64,000 nt of DNA, from NCBI GenBank assembly GCA_031549385.1, contig JAVBPW010000001.1, positions 1 to 64,000 of the forward strand. Direction: 5' to 3'. How positions within the stretch are numbered: position 1 is the first letter of the stretch; each line of letters opens with the position of its first letter. Source of the stretch: Alphaproteobacteria bacterium (GTDB lineage: Bacteria; Pseudomonadota; Alphaproteobacteria; Rs-D84; SZUA-605). A model generated the notes under the pieces. That model was not told the origin of the DNA. It made no database searches and saw only the letters and a program-made list of their open reading frames with translations. The translations under genes and the position numbers were made by a program. Below are positions 52,008 through 62,113 of the stretch, piece after piece.

Positions 52008-52471
52008 AAAAAAAGCCCCGCTATCTCACGACAGTTATGGGGGCTTTTGTAAAGTTATTCGATAGTTCTCGCGTCTACAAGGATACTACGAATAAAGGAA
52101 TATTCTTAAAAGAAACTTCTAGATATCTCACGACATGGGGAAGAAGTTTCTTTGATGAGACATATAATGAAGACATTATAGCTCAGCGGCATCTTTAAAA
52201 GCTCAAAGAGCTTTGTTAACGCGGGGAGAAAAGAGATCAGAACCCGAAGGCTCTTTGTCTTAACTCCCCCAAACGTGATGGAGGCACGTTTAATATTTTA
52301 TAAAGATACTTATTGTCTTTTAAAAAACCCAGCACGAGCTATGAAGACTCCTAAACCCCAGCGGAAAGGGGAATTTGGCACAGGAGTTACGTGCTGGGTT
52401 CGATTTTGCACCCTTGACCTCAAAGAGGTTGCGACAGTGCGGTGTATTTATTTAATTTTATTATTATGATT
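52008..52471 (-). ncRNA. Candidate ~460-nt structured RNA, array unit C
   Basis: TTGACA-N17-TAAATT (52506..52478); about eight stem-loops with GNRA and cUUCGg loops; terminator 52015..52044. Confidence 0.6.
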
Positions 52472-52525
52472 TCTAGTAATTTAGAATCTTTTTATAAATT
52501 TGTCAACCAAAAGATGAAGTTTAAT

Positions 52526-52709
52526 AAAAAAAATCCCCAGCATTAAAGCTGGGGGCGGAGTTAATACCCTTTATTCCCTTGTATTCAGGAGGATAAGTTC
52601 CGGTCATATACTTCTTATAATACAGCTCCTTAAGCCGCCCTTTTCGCTCGCCACTACTGGTGACGCCTTAATTCTCTTCTGTCCACTGTTTTATGTATTA
52701 ATAAGATGT
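52526..52709 (-). ncRNA. Candidate small transcript, array unit D
   Basis: TTGACT-N17-TAAAGT (52744..52716); terminator 52535..52554 plus U8. Confidence 0.5.
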
Positions 52710-52768
52710 AGCCTTACTTTATGAAAGATATTGGGATTAGTCAATAAAAAAAGCCCGTATTTCTTGGA

Positions 52769-52954
52769 TTATTGGTGCTTTTCTAGGAATGTTTTCAAAT
52801 CTTGAGCTAACAATTTCAAAGAACTGTCATAAATATTAGCATTAGATGCTTCCAGCTTTTGCTTTTGCATCACCTTTTTTGTGGTTTCTGATAATCCACC
52901 GTCAATTACTTGAAATTTTGATCTTTTTTCAAAAGGTGATTCTGGTAATGCCAT
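52769..52954 (-). CDS. Small hypothetical protein
   Basis: AAGGA RBS; FQVIDGG short motif. Confidence 0.55.
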   Translation of the reverse strand: MALPESPFEKRSKFQVIDGGLSETTKKVMQKQKLEASNANIYDSSLKLLAQDLKTFLEKHQ

Positions 52955-53044
52955 CTTTTTTGCTTTCCTTTGATTTTTGGTTGCTATTTCTCTTAAAACT
53001 TTTATTATTATATCATAATTTTTAAACTAAGGAAAGAAATTTTT

Positions 53045-55495
53045 ATGAAATTGTTAATAGTAGAGTCTCCTGCAAAAGCGAAAACCATCAATAAATATTT
53101 AGGTTCTGACTTCAAAGTTATTGCATCTGTAGGACATGTGAGGGATTTGAAGGCTGAAAATAATGCTGTGGATACTGAAAACAATTTTAAACCTTTATGG
53201 GAAGTTTCTAAAGACAAAGAAAAACAAATCAAAGAAATTGAAAAATTACTTAAGCAAGCTGATGAATTGTACCTCGCAACCGACCCTGATCGTGAAGGAG
53301 AGGCTATTTCTTGGCATTTATTGGATATTTTATCTGAAAAATCACCTATTACTATGCCTGTTAAACGAGTCGTATTCCATGAAATCACTAAAAAAGCTGT
53401 TCAGGAAGCAATGGCGAATCCAAGAGATATTGATCAAAACCTTGTAAATGCTTATATGGCACGCCGAATCCTCGATTATTTAGTAGGATTTAACTTATCC
53501 CCAGTTTTATGGAGAAAATTACCAGGATCTAAAGCTGCTGGTCGTGTTCAATCTGTAGCTACTCGATTAGTTGCTGAAAGAGAAGGCGAAATTGAAGATT
53601 TCGTTAAAGAAGAATTTTGGTCTATTGATGCTAAATTCAAAACTCAAGAAGGAAAAGAATTTGATAGTAAGCTTTGGACATATAATAATGAAAAGCTTGA
53701 AAAGTTTTCTATTAAAAATGAAAAACAAGCAAAGGAAATCGAATCCGAATTAAATAAACTTACTTATTTTGTTTCAAATGTAGAAAAAAAGAAAACTACA
53801 CGAAATCCATTTGCTCCATTTACCACTTCAACTTTACAACAGGAAGCTTCACGTAAACTTAGATTTGCTGCAAAGAAAACTATGCAAGTTGCTCAAAAGT
53901 TATATGAAAATGGACTTATCACTTATATGAGAACTGATAGTGTGAATTTGGCTCAAGATGCTGTTGTTGCTATTAGAAATGAAATTAATACAAATTATGG
54001 TGAAAAATATTTACCAGAAAAACCTATTGTATATGCTAATAAATCAAAGAATGCTCAAGAAGCTCACGAAGCTATTCGTCCTTCTGATGTTACTAAGTCA
54101 CATCGTAACTTAGATGGAATCGATGCAGATGGTATCAAACTTTACGAACTTATATGGAAAAGAACTATTGCTTCTCAAATGGAAAAAGCTCAATTTGACC
54201 AAGTATCTATTGATATTTCTTCTCAAGATAAAAAGAATACATTTAGAAGCGTTGGTACAACTTTAACATTTGATGGATATTTAAAAATATATAACGAAGA
54301 TAAAGATGATGACAACGATGATGAAGCATCAAAATTGTTGCCTCTTATGAATGAAGGTGAAAAATCTGATTTAGTTGAATTGAAATCTGAACAACATTTT
54401 ACTCAACCGCCTGCAAGATATTCTGAAGCGACACTCGTTAAGAAGCTGGAAGAATTAGGAATTGGAAGACCTTCTACTTATGCTGCTATTTTAGCGCGAA
54501 TCGTAGACCATGAATATGTTAAATTAGAAAAAATGAAATTCCATGCTACTGAACGTGGTCGTTTAGTTACTGCATTTTTAAAAAAATATTTTCCTATATA
54601 TGTTGAATATAATTTTACTGCTGGAATGGAAGATAAACTCGATGACATTTCAAATGGAGATATTGATTATTTGAAAATTTTAAGAGAATTTTGGGATCCA
54701 TTTATTTCTACTGTTAAAAATTCTTCTGGATTGCAACTTGAACAAATTGAAAAAGATTTACAAGAAGAATTAAAGAATCACTTATTCAAACCCCAAGACG
54801 GTGTTGATGTTTATAAATGTCCTGATTGTGCAGATGGAAAGCTTGGTTTAAAACTTGGAAAGTTTGGTGGGTTTATTGGATGTTCTAATTATCCTGAATG
54901 CAAATATACTAAACAAATTGTAACCAATGAAATTCCTGTTGCTGCTACTGATAAAAATGGCTCTAATGGAGATGCTGGATTAATCGGTAATGATAATGCA
55001 ACTGGTCTTGGTATTTATTTGAAAAAAGGACCTTATGGAAATTATTTACAACTTGGCGATAATGCGAATCATGTAAAAAGATTTTCATTACCTAAAAATT
55101 TTGACGAATCAACTTTGACTTTAGAAAAAGCACAAGAGTTTTTATCTTTGCCTAAAAAATTAAATGAAGAAATAGAAGTTGGTATTGGAAGATTTGGACC
55201 TTATATTAAACGCGCAAATGCATTTACTAAGATGCCTGCGAATCTTGATCCATTAACTATTACTCTTGATGAAGCATTAGAAATTTTAAAAGATGCTCCT
55301 TCACGAGAAGCTGCTATTAACTTAGGAGTCGAACCTAAATCAAAGAAAGATGTTTTATGGTATAAAACTGGTAGGTACGGACCTTATGTAAAATGCGGAA
55401 AAGTTTCTGCTTCTATTCCTGCGGAATATAAAGACAAAGAAATAGATTTGAAAATTGCTCTGCAAATCTTGAATGATAAAGTTAAAAAGAAATAG
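53045..55495 (+). CDS. topA: DNA topoisomerase I
   Basis: IVESPAKAKTI, ATDPDREGEAI, GRVQS, ITYMRTDS, AHEAIRP, GIGRPSTY, zinc ribbon. Confidence 0.98.
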   Translation: MKLLIVESPAKAKTINKYLGSDFKVIASVGHVRDLKAENNAVDTENNFKPLWEVSKDKEKQIKEIEKLLKQADELYLATDPDREGEAISWHLLDILSEKSPITMPVKRVVFHEITKKAVQEAMANPRDIDQNLVNAYMARRILDYLVGFNLSPVLWRKLPGSKAAGRVQSVATRLVAEREGEIEDFVKEEFWSIDAKFKTQEGKEFDSKLWTYNNEKLEKFSIKNEKQAKEIESELNKLTYFVSNVEKKKTTRNPFAPFTTSTLQQEASRKLRFAAKKTMQVAQKLYENGLITYMRTDSVNLAQDAVVAIRNEINTNYGEKYLPEKPIVYANKSKNAQEAHEAIRPSDVTKSHRNLDGIDADGIKLYELIWKRTIASQMEKAQFDQVSIDISSQDKKNTFRSVGTTLTFDGYLKIYNEDKDDDNDDEASKLLPLMNEGEKSDLVELKSEQHFTQPPARYSEATLVKKLEELGIGRPSTYAAILARIVDHEYVKLEKMKFHATERGRLVTAFLKKYFPIYVEYNFTAGMEDKLDDISNGDIDYLKILREFWDPFISTVKNSSGLQLEQIEKDLQEELKNHLFKPQDGVDVYKCPDCADGKLGLKLGKFGGFIGCSNYPECKYTKQIVTNEIPVAATDKNGSNGDAGLIGNDNATGLGIYLKKGPYGNYLQLGDNANHVKRFSLPKNFDESTLTLEKAQEFLSLPKKLNEEIEVGIGRFGPYIKRANAFTKMPANLDPLTITLDEALEILKDAPSREAAINLGVEPKSKKDVLWYKTGRYGPYVKCGKVSASIPAEYKDKEIDLKIALQILNDKVKKK

Positions 55496-55516
55496 CAACC
55501 TGACGTTGCACGCTTA
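55493..55516 (+). repeat. 24-bp palindromic dispersed repeat, copy 2
   Basis: Identical to 9271..9294; begins at the topA TAG stop. Confidence 0.9.
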
Positions 55517-55566
55517 ATAAAAAAAATAACCCCGAGAAATCGGGGTTTGAATTTTTATATTTCTTA

Positions 55567-55776
55567 TTATTTCTTTTTGCCTGTTGTTTTTGCAAAATAC
55601 ATTTGATAGCCAACAACTGCAGCTGAAATACCTACTAAAATATAGATAATTCTTGCAATAATGCTGCCGCCAAATAGGAATGCTACTAAATTAAAATCTA
55701 ATAATCCAAGTAGTCCCCAGTTTAATCCACCAATAATTAATAATGGGTTAAATAAATATTTTGTTAAGTCTTTCAT
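55567..55776 (-). CDS. DUF378-family small membrane protein
   Basis: IIGGLNWGL.G...FNLV..LFG...RIIYILVGISA. Confidence 0.9.
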   Translation of the reverse strand: MKDLTKYLFNPLLIIGGLNWGLLGLLDFNLVAFLFGGSIIARIIYILVGISAAVVGYQMYFAKTTGKKK

Positions 55777-55892
55777 CGTTCTTCTCCTTTTTTTGTTTCT
55801 TCTCTTAACGAGATTTTATTATTATATCATATTTTAAAATAAATTCAAATATGGAAAAAATTCATAAAAAATAGCCCCTTTTGGGGCCTATT

Positions 55893-56387
55893 TTATAAAT
55901 AATAATTGTCAACACCTCCACTTTCCATATGTTTGATAATTTGTGGACGACCGCCCCAATCTTCAACATGAACTGAAGTGTATTGAATTGAACCTTCTAT
56001 TTTATGAGTCAATAGATTGTATAATCCGATTAAAGGCTTACCATATTCTGCAATGGCAATTAAATCCTTTTTCACTTCATATTTCGGCTCACGTTGCCAA
56101 CCGTTTTGGTACTTGACGAATTCATATCCGATTTCTTTGTCGCTGGCAATGTAGTGATAAGTATCAACATTTTTTGATGAATAATGCCAATAATTGATAT
56201 TGCTTTCAATCCAGACATAACTGCCATCTGTTAATGGGAAAAAGTTTTTATCCAATAACAGACTACTTCCACCACTTCGCCAATAAAATTCACCATTTTC
56301 ATGCTTGTAAATAAAATGATTTTCATCTTTTACAAATAAGACTTGGCATCCTGCTTTTTTTATTTCTTCTAAAGTCCTTTTAAACAT
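55893..56387 (-). CDS. Hypothetical protein (SD-less cassette)
   Basis: TTGACA-N17-TATAGT promoter, AACTTAA leader, terminator hairpin near 55872..55890. Confidence 0.65.
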   Translation of the reverse strand: MFKRTLEEIKKAGCQVLFVKDENHFIYKHENGEFYWRSGGSSLLLDKNFFPLTDGSYVWIESNINYWHYSSKNVDTYHYIASDKEIGYEFVKYQNGWQREPKYEVKKDLIAIAEYGKPLIGLYNLLTHKIEGSIQYTSVHVEDWGGRPQIIKHMESGGVDNYYL

Positions 56388-56566
56388 ATTTTTAATTTTT
56401 AAGTTATGAAGTTACTATATGATAGAAAGCACCATTTGTCAATGTTGTTTATCCAACACTTTTTAATGCAAAAAATGTTGAAAAAATAAGCATTTTTTGC
56501 TTGTTTTTATTAGCCACAAATGCTAAGATTTTAACACAATTTAAGATAAGTTAGCAGGAGAAAAAA

Positions 56567-59404
56567 ATGTCACAAAAACAAGATGATAAGAATTCAATAA
56601 TTGTAGATAAAAATATAGAACAAGTTGGTATAGTTAAGGAAATGGAAACAAGCTATCTTGAATATGCTATGTCCGTTATTGTTTCACGTGCACTTCCAGA
56701 TGTTCGAGATGGATTTAAACCAGTTCACAGACGTGTTCTTTATGGTATGAAAGAAAATGGGTCTACACATAATAAACCTTACACAAAATCTGCTAATACC
56801 GTTGGTTATGTTATGGGAAATTATCACCCTCATGGTGACACTGCTATTTATATGACACTTGTTCGTATGGCTCAACCATTTTCTATGGGATTGCCATTGA
56901 TTGATGGACAAGGAAACTTTGGTTCTATTGACGGTGATAGCCCTGCTGCTATGCGTTATACTGAATCTCGTTTAGCTTCTATTGCTCAACATCTTTTAGC
57001 TGATCTTGAAAAAGATGTGGTTGATTTTAGACCTAATTACGATGAACGTTTAATGGAACCTTCTGTACTTCCTGTAAAATTTCCACAACTTTTAGTTAAT
57101 GGAACTGGTGGTATTGCTGTTGGTATGGCTACAAATATTCCTACACACAACTTGGGTGAAGTTATTGATGCTACTATTGCTTTAATACATAACCCTGAAC
57201 TTACTGTTGAAGATTTGTTGCAATATGTACCTGCTCCTGATTTTCCAACTGGAGGTATGATTTTAGGTCGTCGTGGATCTCAATCTGCACTTCTTACAGG
57301 AAAAGGCTCAGTTGTTATGCGTGGACGCACTCATATTGAAGAAATCGGTGGACATGAAGCTATTATTGTTACTGAAATTCCATACCAAGTTAATAAAACT
57401 GAACTTATTAAAAAAATTCAAGAACTTGTTAAAGATAAAAAGATTGAAGGAATTTCTGCTATTCGTGATGAATCAGACAGACATGGAATTCGTTTAGTTG
57501 TTGAACTTAAAAAAGACGCTTTTGGTGAAATTATTTTAAATCAACTTTTCAAAATGACACCATTGCAAAGTAATTTCCCTGTAAACATGTTAGCTATTAG
57601 CAATGGAAGACCAGGTATTTTAAACTTGAAAGAAATATTAGATGCATTTATTGAATTCAGAAAAGAAGTTGTACGTAGATACTGTATTTTCGATTTAGAT
57701 AAATCTCGTAATAAAGCTCATAATTTAGTAGGACTTTCTATTGCTGTTGCTAATATCGACGAAGTTATTAATTTAATCCGTAAATCTAAAGATCCAAGAG
57801 ATGCTCGTGAACAATTGCTTGCTCGTGAATGGAACGCTGATGTTGTTGCTCCATTAATTGAACTTATCGATGATCCTTTAAGCAAAATTATTAACGGAAA
57901 ATATAAATTATCTGAAGCTCAAGCAAAAGCTATTCTTGATTTGCAATTACAAAAATTGACAGGGTTAGAACAAGATAAATTAGCTAATGAAATTACCGAA
58001 ATTGGTGTTGATATTAAAGATTTATTATCTATTTTACGTGATGAAAATAGAATCAAAGAAATTATTATAAATGATCTTAATGATATTAAAACTAATTATG
58101 CAGTTCCTCGTAGAACTGAAATTATCGAATCAGAATTTGAAGCTGATATTGAAGATTTAATTGCTCGTGAAGATATGGTTGTTACTGTTACAAACACAGG
58201 ATATATCAAACGTGTTCCATTATGTACTTATAAAGCTCAAAGACGTGGTGGTAAGGGACGTAATGCTATGAATACTAAAGAAGAAGATTATGTAACAAAA
58301 GTGTTTGTGGCAAATACACATACACCTATTTTATTCTTCTCTGATACAGGTCTTGCTTATAAATTAAAAGTTTATATGTTACCTCTTGGCTCACCTACTT
58401 CACTTGGAAAAGCTTTAGTAAATGTTCTTCCACTTCAAACTGGAGAAAGTATTTCTGAAATGATGCCACTTCCTGAAGATGAAGCATCATGGGATAATAT
58501 GTCTATTATGTTTGCTACACAAAAAGGAACTGTCAGACGTAATAAACTTTCTGATTTCCAAAGTGTAAGAGCTAATGGAAAGATTGCTATGAAATTAGAA
58601 AATGGAGAAAGATTAGTTAACGTTAAAGTTTGTGACGAATCACATGACGTGTTGCTATCTTTAAAAGGTGGAAAATGTATCCGCTTCCCTGCTTCTGCTA
58701 TCAGAGTTTTTGCTTCTCGTAATTCTGTTGGTGTTAGAGGTGTAAAACTTTCTAAAGGTGATGAGGTTATTTGTATGTCTATTATCAATCATACTGATTT
58801 AGATTCTGAAACACGTGCTGCTTATATCAAAGAATCACGCGCTCGCAGAAGAGATGAAGTATTGGCTGGAGATGAAGAGGCAAATACTACTTCAACTGTT
58901 ACACTATCTGAAGCAGATTTCAAAAAGTATGAAAGCGAAGAAGAATTCATTTTAACAGTTTCTGATACTGGATTTGGAAAACGTTCAAGTGCTTATGAAT
59001 ATAGAATTACTAACAGAGGTGGATCTGGAATTACTGGTATTAAACTTGGGGATAAATCTAAGGGAGTTGTTGCTTCTATGAAAATTGAAGATCATCAAGA
59101 AATTATACTTGTTACAGACCAAGGTAAGTTAATCAGAATTCCTGTAGAAAATATCAGAATTGCTGGAAGATCAACTATGGGTGTTACACTATTTAAAGTG
59201 GACGATAAAGAAAAAGTAGTTGGTGTTGCAGTTGTTGATATTGATGAAGATGAAAATGAAGAAGCATTCGAAAAATGCGATATTGATGCAGGAAATATTA
59301 TTGCTGATGAACTTGATAGCAGCAAAAATATAGAAACTGTAATTCAAGAAACTGAAGAAGTTGTTGAAGACGAAGGTGTTGTAAAGACAGATTTGTTTGA
59401 ATAA
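56567..59404 (+). CDS. gyrA: DNA gyrase subunit A
   Basis: RALPDVRDG, YHPHGD, AAMRYTE, GyrA box QRRGGKG. Confidence 0.98.
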   Translation: MSQKQDDKNSIIVDKNIEQVGIVKEMETSYLEYAMSVIVSRALPDVRDGFKPVHRRVLYGMKENGSTHNKPYTKSANTVGYVMGNYHPHGDTAIYMTLVRMAQPFSMGLPLIDGQGNFGSIDGDSPAAMRYTESRLASIAQHLLADLEKDVVDFRPNYDERLMEPSVLPVKFPQLLVNGTGGIAVGMATNIPTHNLGEVIDATIALIHNPELTVEDLLQYVPAPDFPTGGMILGRRGSQSALLTGKGSVVMRGRTHIEEIGGHEAIIVTEIPYQVNKTELIKKIQELVKDKKIEGISAIRDESDRHGIRLVVELKKDAFGEIILNQLFKMTPLQSNFPVNMLAISNGRPGILNLKEILDAFIEFRKEVVRRYCIFDLDKSRNKAHNLVGLSIAVANIDEVINLIRKSKDPRDAREQLLAREWNADVVAPLIELIDDPLSKIINGKYKLSEAQAKAILDLQLQKLTGLEQDKLANEITEIGVDIKDLLSILRDENRIKEIIINDLNDIKTNYAVPRRTEIIESEFEADIEDLIAREDMVVTVTNTGYIKRVPLCTYKAQRRGGKGRNAMNTKEEDYVTKVFVANTHTPILFFSDTGLAYKLKVYMLPLGSPTSLGKALVNVLPLQTGESISEMMPLPEDEASWDNMSIMFATQKGTVRRNKLSDFQSVRANGKIAMKLENGERLVNVKVCDESHDVLLSLKGGKCIRFPASAIRVFASRNSVGVRGVKLSKGDEVICMSIINHTDLDSETRAAYIKESRARRRDEVLAGDEEANTTSTVTLSEADFKKYESEEEFILTVSDTGFGKRSSAYEYRITNRGGSGITGIKLGDKSKGVVASMKIEDHQEIILVTDQGKLIRIPVENIRIAGRSTMGVTLFKVDDKEKVVGVAVVDIDEDENEEAFEKCDIDAGNIIADELDSSKNIETVIQETEEVVEDEGVVKTDLFE

Positions 59405-59539
59405 TTTACTAAGTTTTAATAAATTTTACTTTAAAGCTCTGTTTATCAGAGCTTTTTTATTACAAGTTTAGACTTGACAAATGAGGAGTTTTGTAGGAAT
59501 ATGAAACTGACATAATTATATTAAACTTAATTTAAACAT

Positions 59540-59863
59540 ATGGAAAAAGAATCAAAAAACTTTACCTTATTTCCAGTAGGGGCAGACTTATGGAGAGTCG
59601 AACGAAAATTAACCGGAACCCTAATTGAAATTAACGGAGAAACTGAAATCCCTGTTATTGGATTTTCACCGGAACGTGAAATCCTTTATGTTCTTGATAG
59701 AGAACGTGGGGAAGACCCTTTACCTGACGATGTTGGTGAGGAAGTTATCCGAGAATGGAAAATTGGAAATTTGGGAAAACCCAAACTTGTAGATACCTAT
59801 GAAGGGTTTTCTATGAGAGGCCTTATGGAGGAATTGGGAGTTTTTGAGGAAGAGGAAGCTTAA
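59540..59863 (+). CDS. Hypothetical protein (SD-less cassette)
   Basis: TTGACA upstream, AAACTTAA leader, downstream terminator. Confidence 0.65.
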   Translation: MEKESKNFTLFPVGADLWRVERKLTGTLIEINGETEIPVIGFSPEREILYVLDRERGEDPLPDDVGEEVIREWKIGNLGKPKLVDTYEGFSMRGLMEELGVFEEEEA

Positions 59864-59943
59864 GGCTTCACGGTTTAACTTTTATTCGCCGCCCTTATTG
59901 TGGGCGGTTTTTTTACAGATTACATTTAAATAATATATAAATC

Positions 59944-60216
59944 ATGATTAGAATTGGTTATAAAGAAATCCCTTTAGACAATGGGTTGTCTAGAATTGAA
60001 AAAGACACTGGAGAAGTTATTTCATTTAATGGAAAAACTGACGTAAAAATCTTGTTTAATCAAGGTACTTTAATTTTTCTTGAAGTTTTAACTCCTCTAG
60101 CTGAATTAACCGTTGAAGAATGGTTCTTAGGAGAAAAAGTGTTTATTATAGAAACACTTACTGGTCAAGAAGCTCAAATACAAAAAAGACATTTATTAGA
60201 GGGTAGCAGTTGCTAG
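59944..60216 (+). CDS. Hypothetical protein, probable paralogue of 59540..59863
   Basis: RIEKDTGEVISFNGKTDV vs RVERKLTGTLIEINGETEI; EEWFLG vs REWKIG. Confidence 0.55.
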   Translation: MIRIGYKEIPLDNGLSRIEKDTGEVISFNGKTDVKILFNQGTLIFLEVLTPLAELTVEEWFLGEKVFIIETLTGQEAQIQKRHLLEGSSC

Positions 60217-60294
60217 CCCTCATTTTTTATTTAGTTGACAAAATTAAAAATGTCTGACAATATGTAAGCCTAAACTTTAAAAAATATATATAAT

Positions 60295-60486
60295 ATGGCA
60301 AACAAAAAAAATGCCTCGGCAGGCGAGACAGCTTACAACCAACATCAAAACACAATTAAATTCCAAGGACCGGTCACCGGGAAAAATAAACCTCATTATG
60401 GCCAATATGCCGCAACAACTCAAGAGTTGCGAGACAAAAGTAAACACTTGGTACAAGGCGGTGATGTTTTTATACCTTGGTGGTAA
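60295..60486 (+). CDS. Small hypothetical protein (SD-less cassette)
   Basis: TTGACA upstream, AAACTTTA leader, terminator AGCCAGC/GCTGGCT. Confidence 0.5.
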   Translation: MANKKNASAGETAYNQHQNTIKFQGPVTGKNKPHYGQYAATTQELRDKSKHLVQGGDVFIPWW

Positions 60487-60541
60487 AAAAGTAATTAACT
60501 TTAAAAAATTTAGCCAGCTTTATGCTGGCTTTATTTTTTGT

Positions 60542-60982
60542 TTAGAATGGGATTTCATCGTCAACTGATGTATCTGAACCACTTGGTCCTGCAACCTGAC
60601 TTTCATCACCCATATCATGAGATCCGTCACCTGCTCTGTCCATCATTACTATTGAACCTGCGTAATTTGAAATTACTACTTCTGTTGTGTATCTGTCTTG
60701 ACCTGAATTATCTTGCCATTTACGAGTTCTTAGACTTCCTTCTACATAAACACGGCTGCCTTTTTTAAGATATTTTTCTGCTATGTCTGCAAGACCACTT
60801 GAGAACACTACTACTCTGTGCCATTCTGTTCTGTCTTTTCTTTCGCCTGATGATTTGTCTTTCCATACATCTGATGTTGCAAGTGAAAATGTTACTACTT
60901 TATTTCCATCTTGACCATGACGTACTTCTGGATCTTGCCCTAAATTTCCTACTAATATAACTTTGTTGATTGAACTTGGCAT
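60542..60982 (-). CDS. ssb: Single-stranded DNA-binding protein
   Basis: [36 protein letters not shown]. Confidence 0.98.
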   Translation of the reverse strand: MPSSINKVILVGNLGQDPEVRHGQDGNKVVTFSLATSDVWKDKSSGERKDRTEWHRVVVFSSGLADIAEKYLKKGSRVYVEGSLRTRKWQDNSGQDRYTTEVVISNYAGSIVMMDRAGDGSHDMGDESQVAGPSGSDTSVDDEIPF

Positions 60983-61051
60983 CTCTACTTCCTTTATTTT
61001 AAATTAACTCGCTTTTAAGTTTAATTTAAAATTTGTAAACTGCAAGAACTT

Positions 61052-62044
61052 TTATTCTATATACTTCAAATATGGAGAATATGGATACTCGTATTTTAAT
61101 GCTTTTATTATCTCACAATGCTCTCTGTTTTCACATGTCAAACAATTAGTGTCGTCAAACAAACCATCGTCTTTTTGAAAGTTGATTTTATGAGTCTTTA
61201 TTTGAGTTTGGACTTTATGATTTTTTACTACTGAATATTCTAATTCTAATATTATAGACTTAAGATTCGAATCAGTTGATGATATGCGTAAATCCTTTAA
61301 ATCTGCAGTTTTCAATAGCCAATTACCTTGTTTATCTTTTATACCTTTTGATAAGCATATTGAGGAAGGAAGGTTTCTTATTTTTATAGAATGAAGAAAT
61401 GAATCTTTATCTTCTTTTAATTGAAAATCATGAATTATACTAAACACTTTTTCTAACTTTTCTTTTGGCGAAGAATAGATTTTTACAGGAACTGAGGTAG
61501 ATGTTTTATTTTCAAAAATTGCATTTACAGTTAATACAAAATCCTCAATTTTTTTATTTTTAGGTAATTGAAAAACAAATTCTTTTTGATCATTAAAATT
61601 ATGACACATTATGCAATTTTCTATTTTTTTATCTGATTTTACTTTTATAAATTCTGGAACACCTTCTATTAAAATATTCACCTTTAATTTTGAATCATCA
61701 TACACTTTAGCTAACAACTTTATTTCATCATCTTTAGATGAATGTTTTACTGATAAATATGGAGAGGAAGAAATTTTTGAATCGTTAAAAAACACATTAG
61801 AACTTGCTTCAAAATTATTTGAAATTGCTACTATTAAAAATTGGGATGTTAAAACATCTTGTTTCAATATTAACTCAGTATCTTCATATTGTTTTAAAGT
61901 TAATTTCCATAAACCATTACCCTTTTTTTCTCCGTTTGATAATTCAAATATAGAATCAGACAAAAATAGAACAAATAAATGCCCTTCTTTTACCTTTTCT
62001 TTTACTTGTTTTGGAATAATAGGTAATTTATAACTTGTATTCAC
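61052..62044 (-). CDS. Hypothetical protein with internal duplication and C-terminal Cys motif
   Basis: LSNGEKKGNGLWKL / LSKGIKDKQGNWLL; CLTCENREHC; AGGAG RBS. Confidence 0.65.
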   Translation of the reverse strand: MNTSYKLPIIPKQVKEKVKEGHLFVLFLSDSIFELSNGEKKGNGLWKLTLKQYEDTELILKQDVLTSQFLIVAISNNFEASSNVFFNDSKISSSPYLSVKHSSKDDEIKLLAKVYDDSKLKVNILIEGVPEFIKVKSDKKIENCIMCHNFNDQKEFVFQLPKNKKIEDFVLTVNAIFENKTSTSVPVKIYSSPKEKLEKVFSIIHDFQLKEDKDSFLHSIKIRNLPSSICLSKGIKDKQGNWLLKTADLKDLRISSTDSNLKSIILELEYSVVKNHKVQTQIKTHKINFQKDDGLFDDTNCLTCENREHCEIIKALKYEYPYSPYLKYIE

Positions 62045-62113
62045 CTTAAATCTCCTTTGTTATTATTATAGTAGGAAATTTAAGCTTTTTCAAGTCTTAC
62101 TTGATTTAATTAT

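Noticed and set aside
52124-52135. GTCGTGAGA similarity to 23S rRNA
   Set aside because: Too short; explained as a common GUGA tetraloop hairpin
52275-52469. 64-aa plus-strand ORF in the array
   Set aside because: No RBS or plus-strand promoter seen; lies antisense to the structured unit C
52588-52603. GGAGGATAAGTTCCGG resembling RNase P GAGGAAAGUCC
   Set aside because: Imperfect match, no matching 3' P4 strand seen, and promoter/terminator polarity is on the opposite strand
6080-59404. Co-occurrence of parE, gapR, topA and gyrA as a functional cluster
   Set aside because: Spread over more than 50 kb with unrelated genes between; compatible with a small shuffled genome
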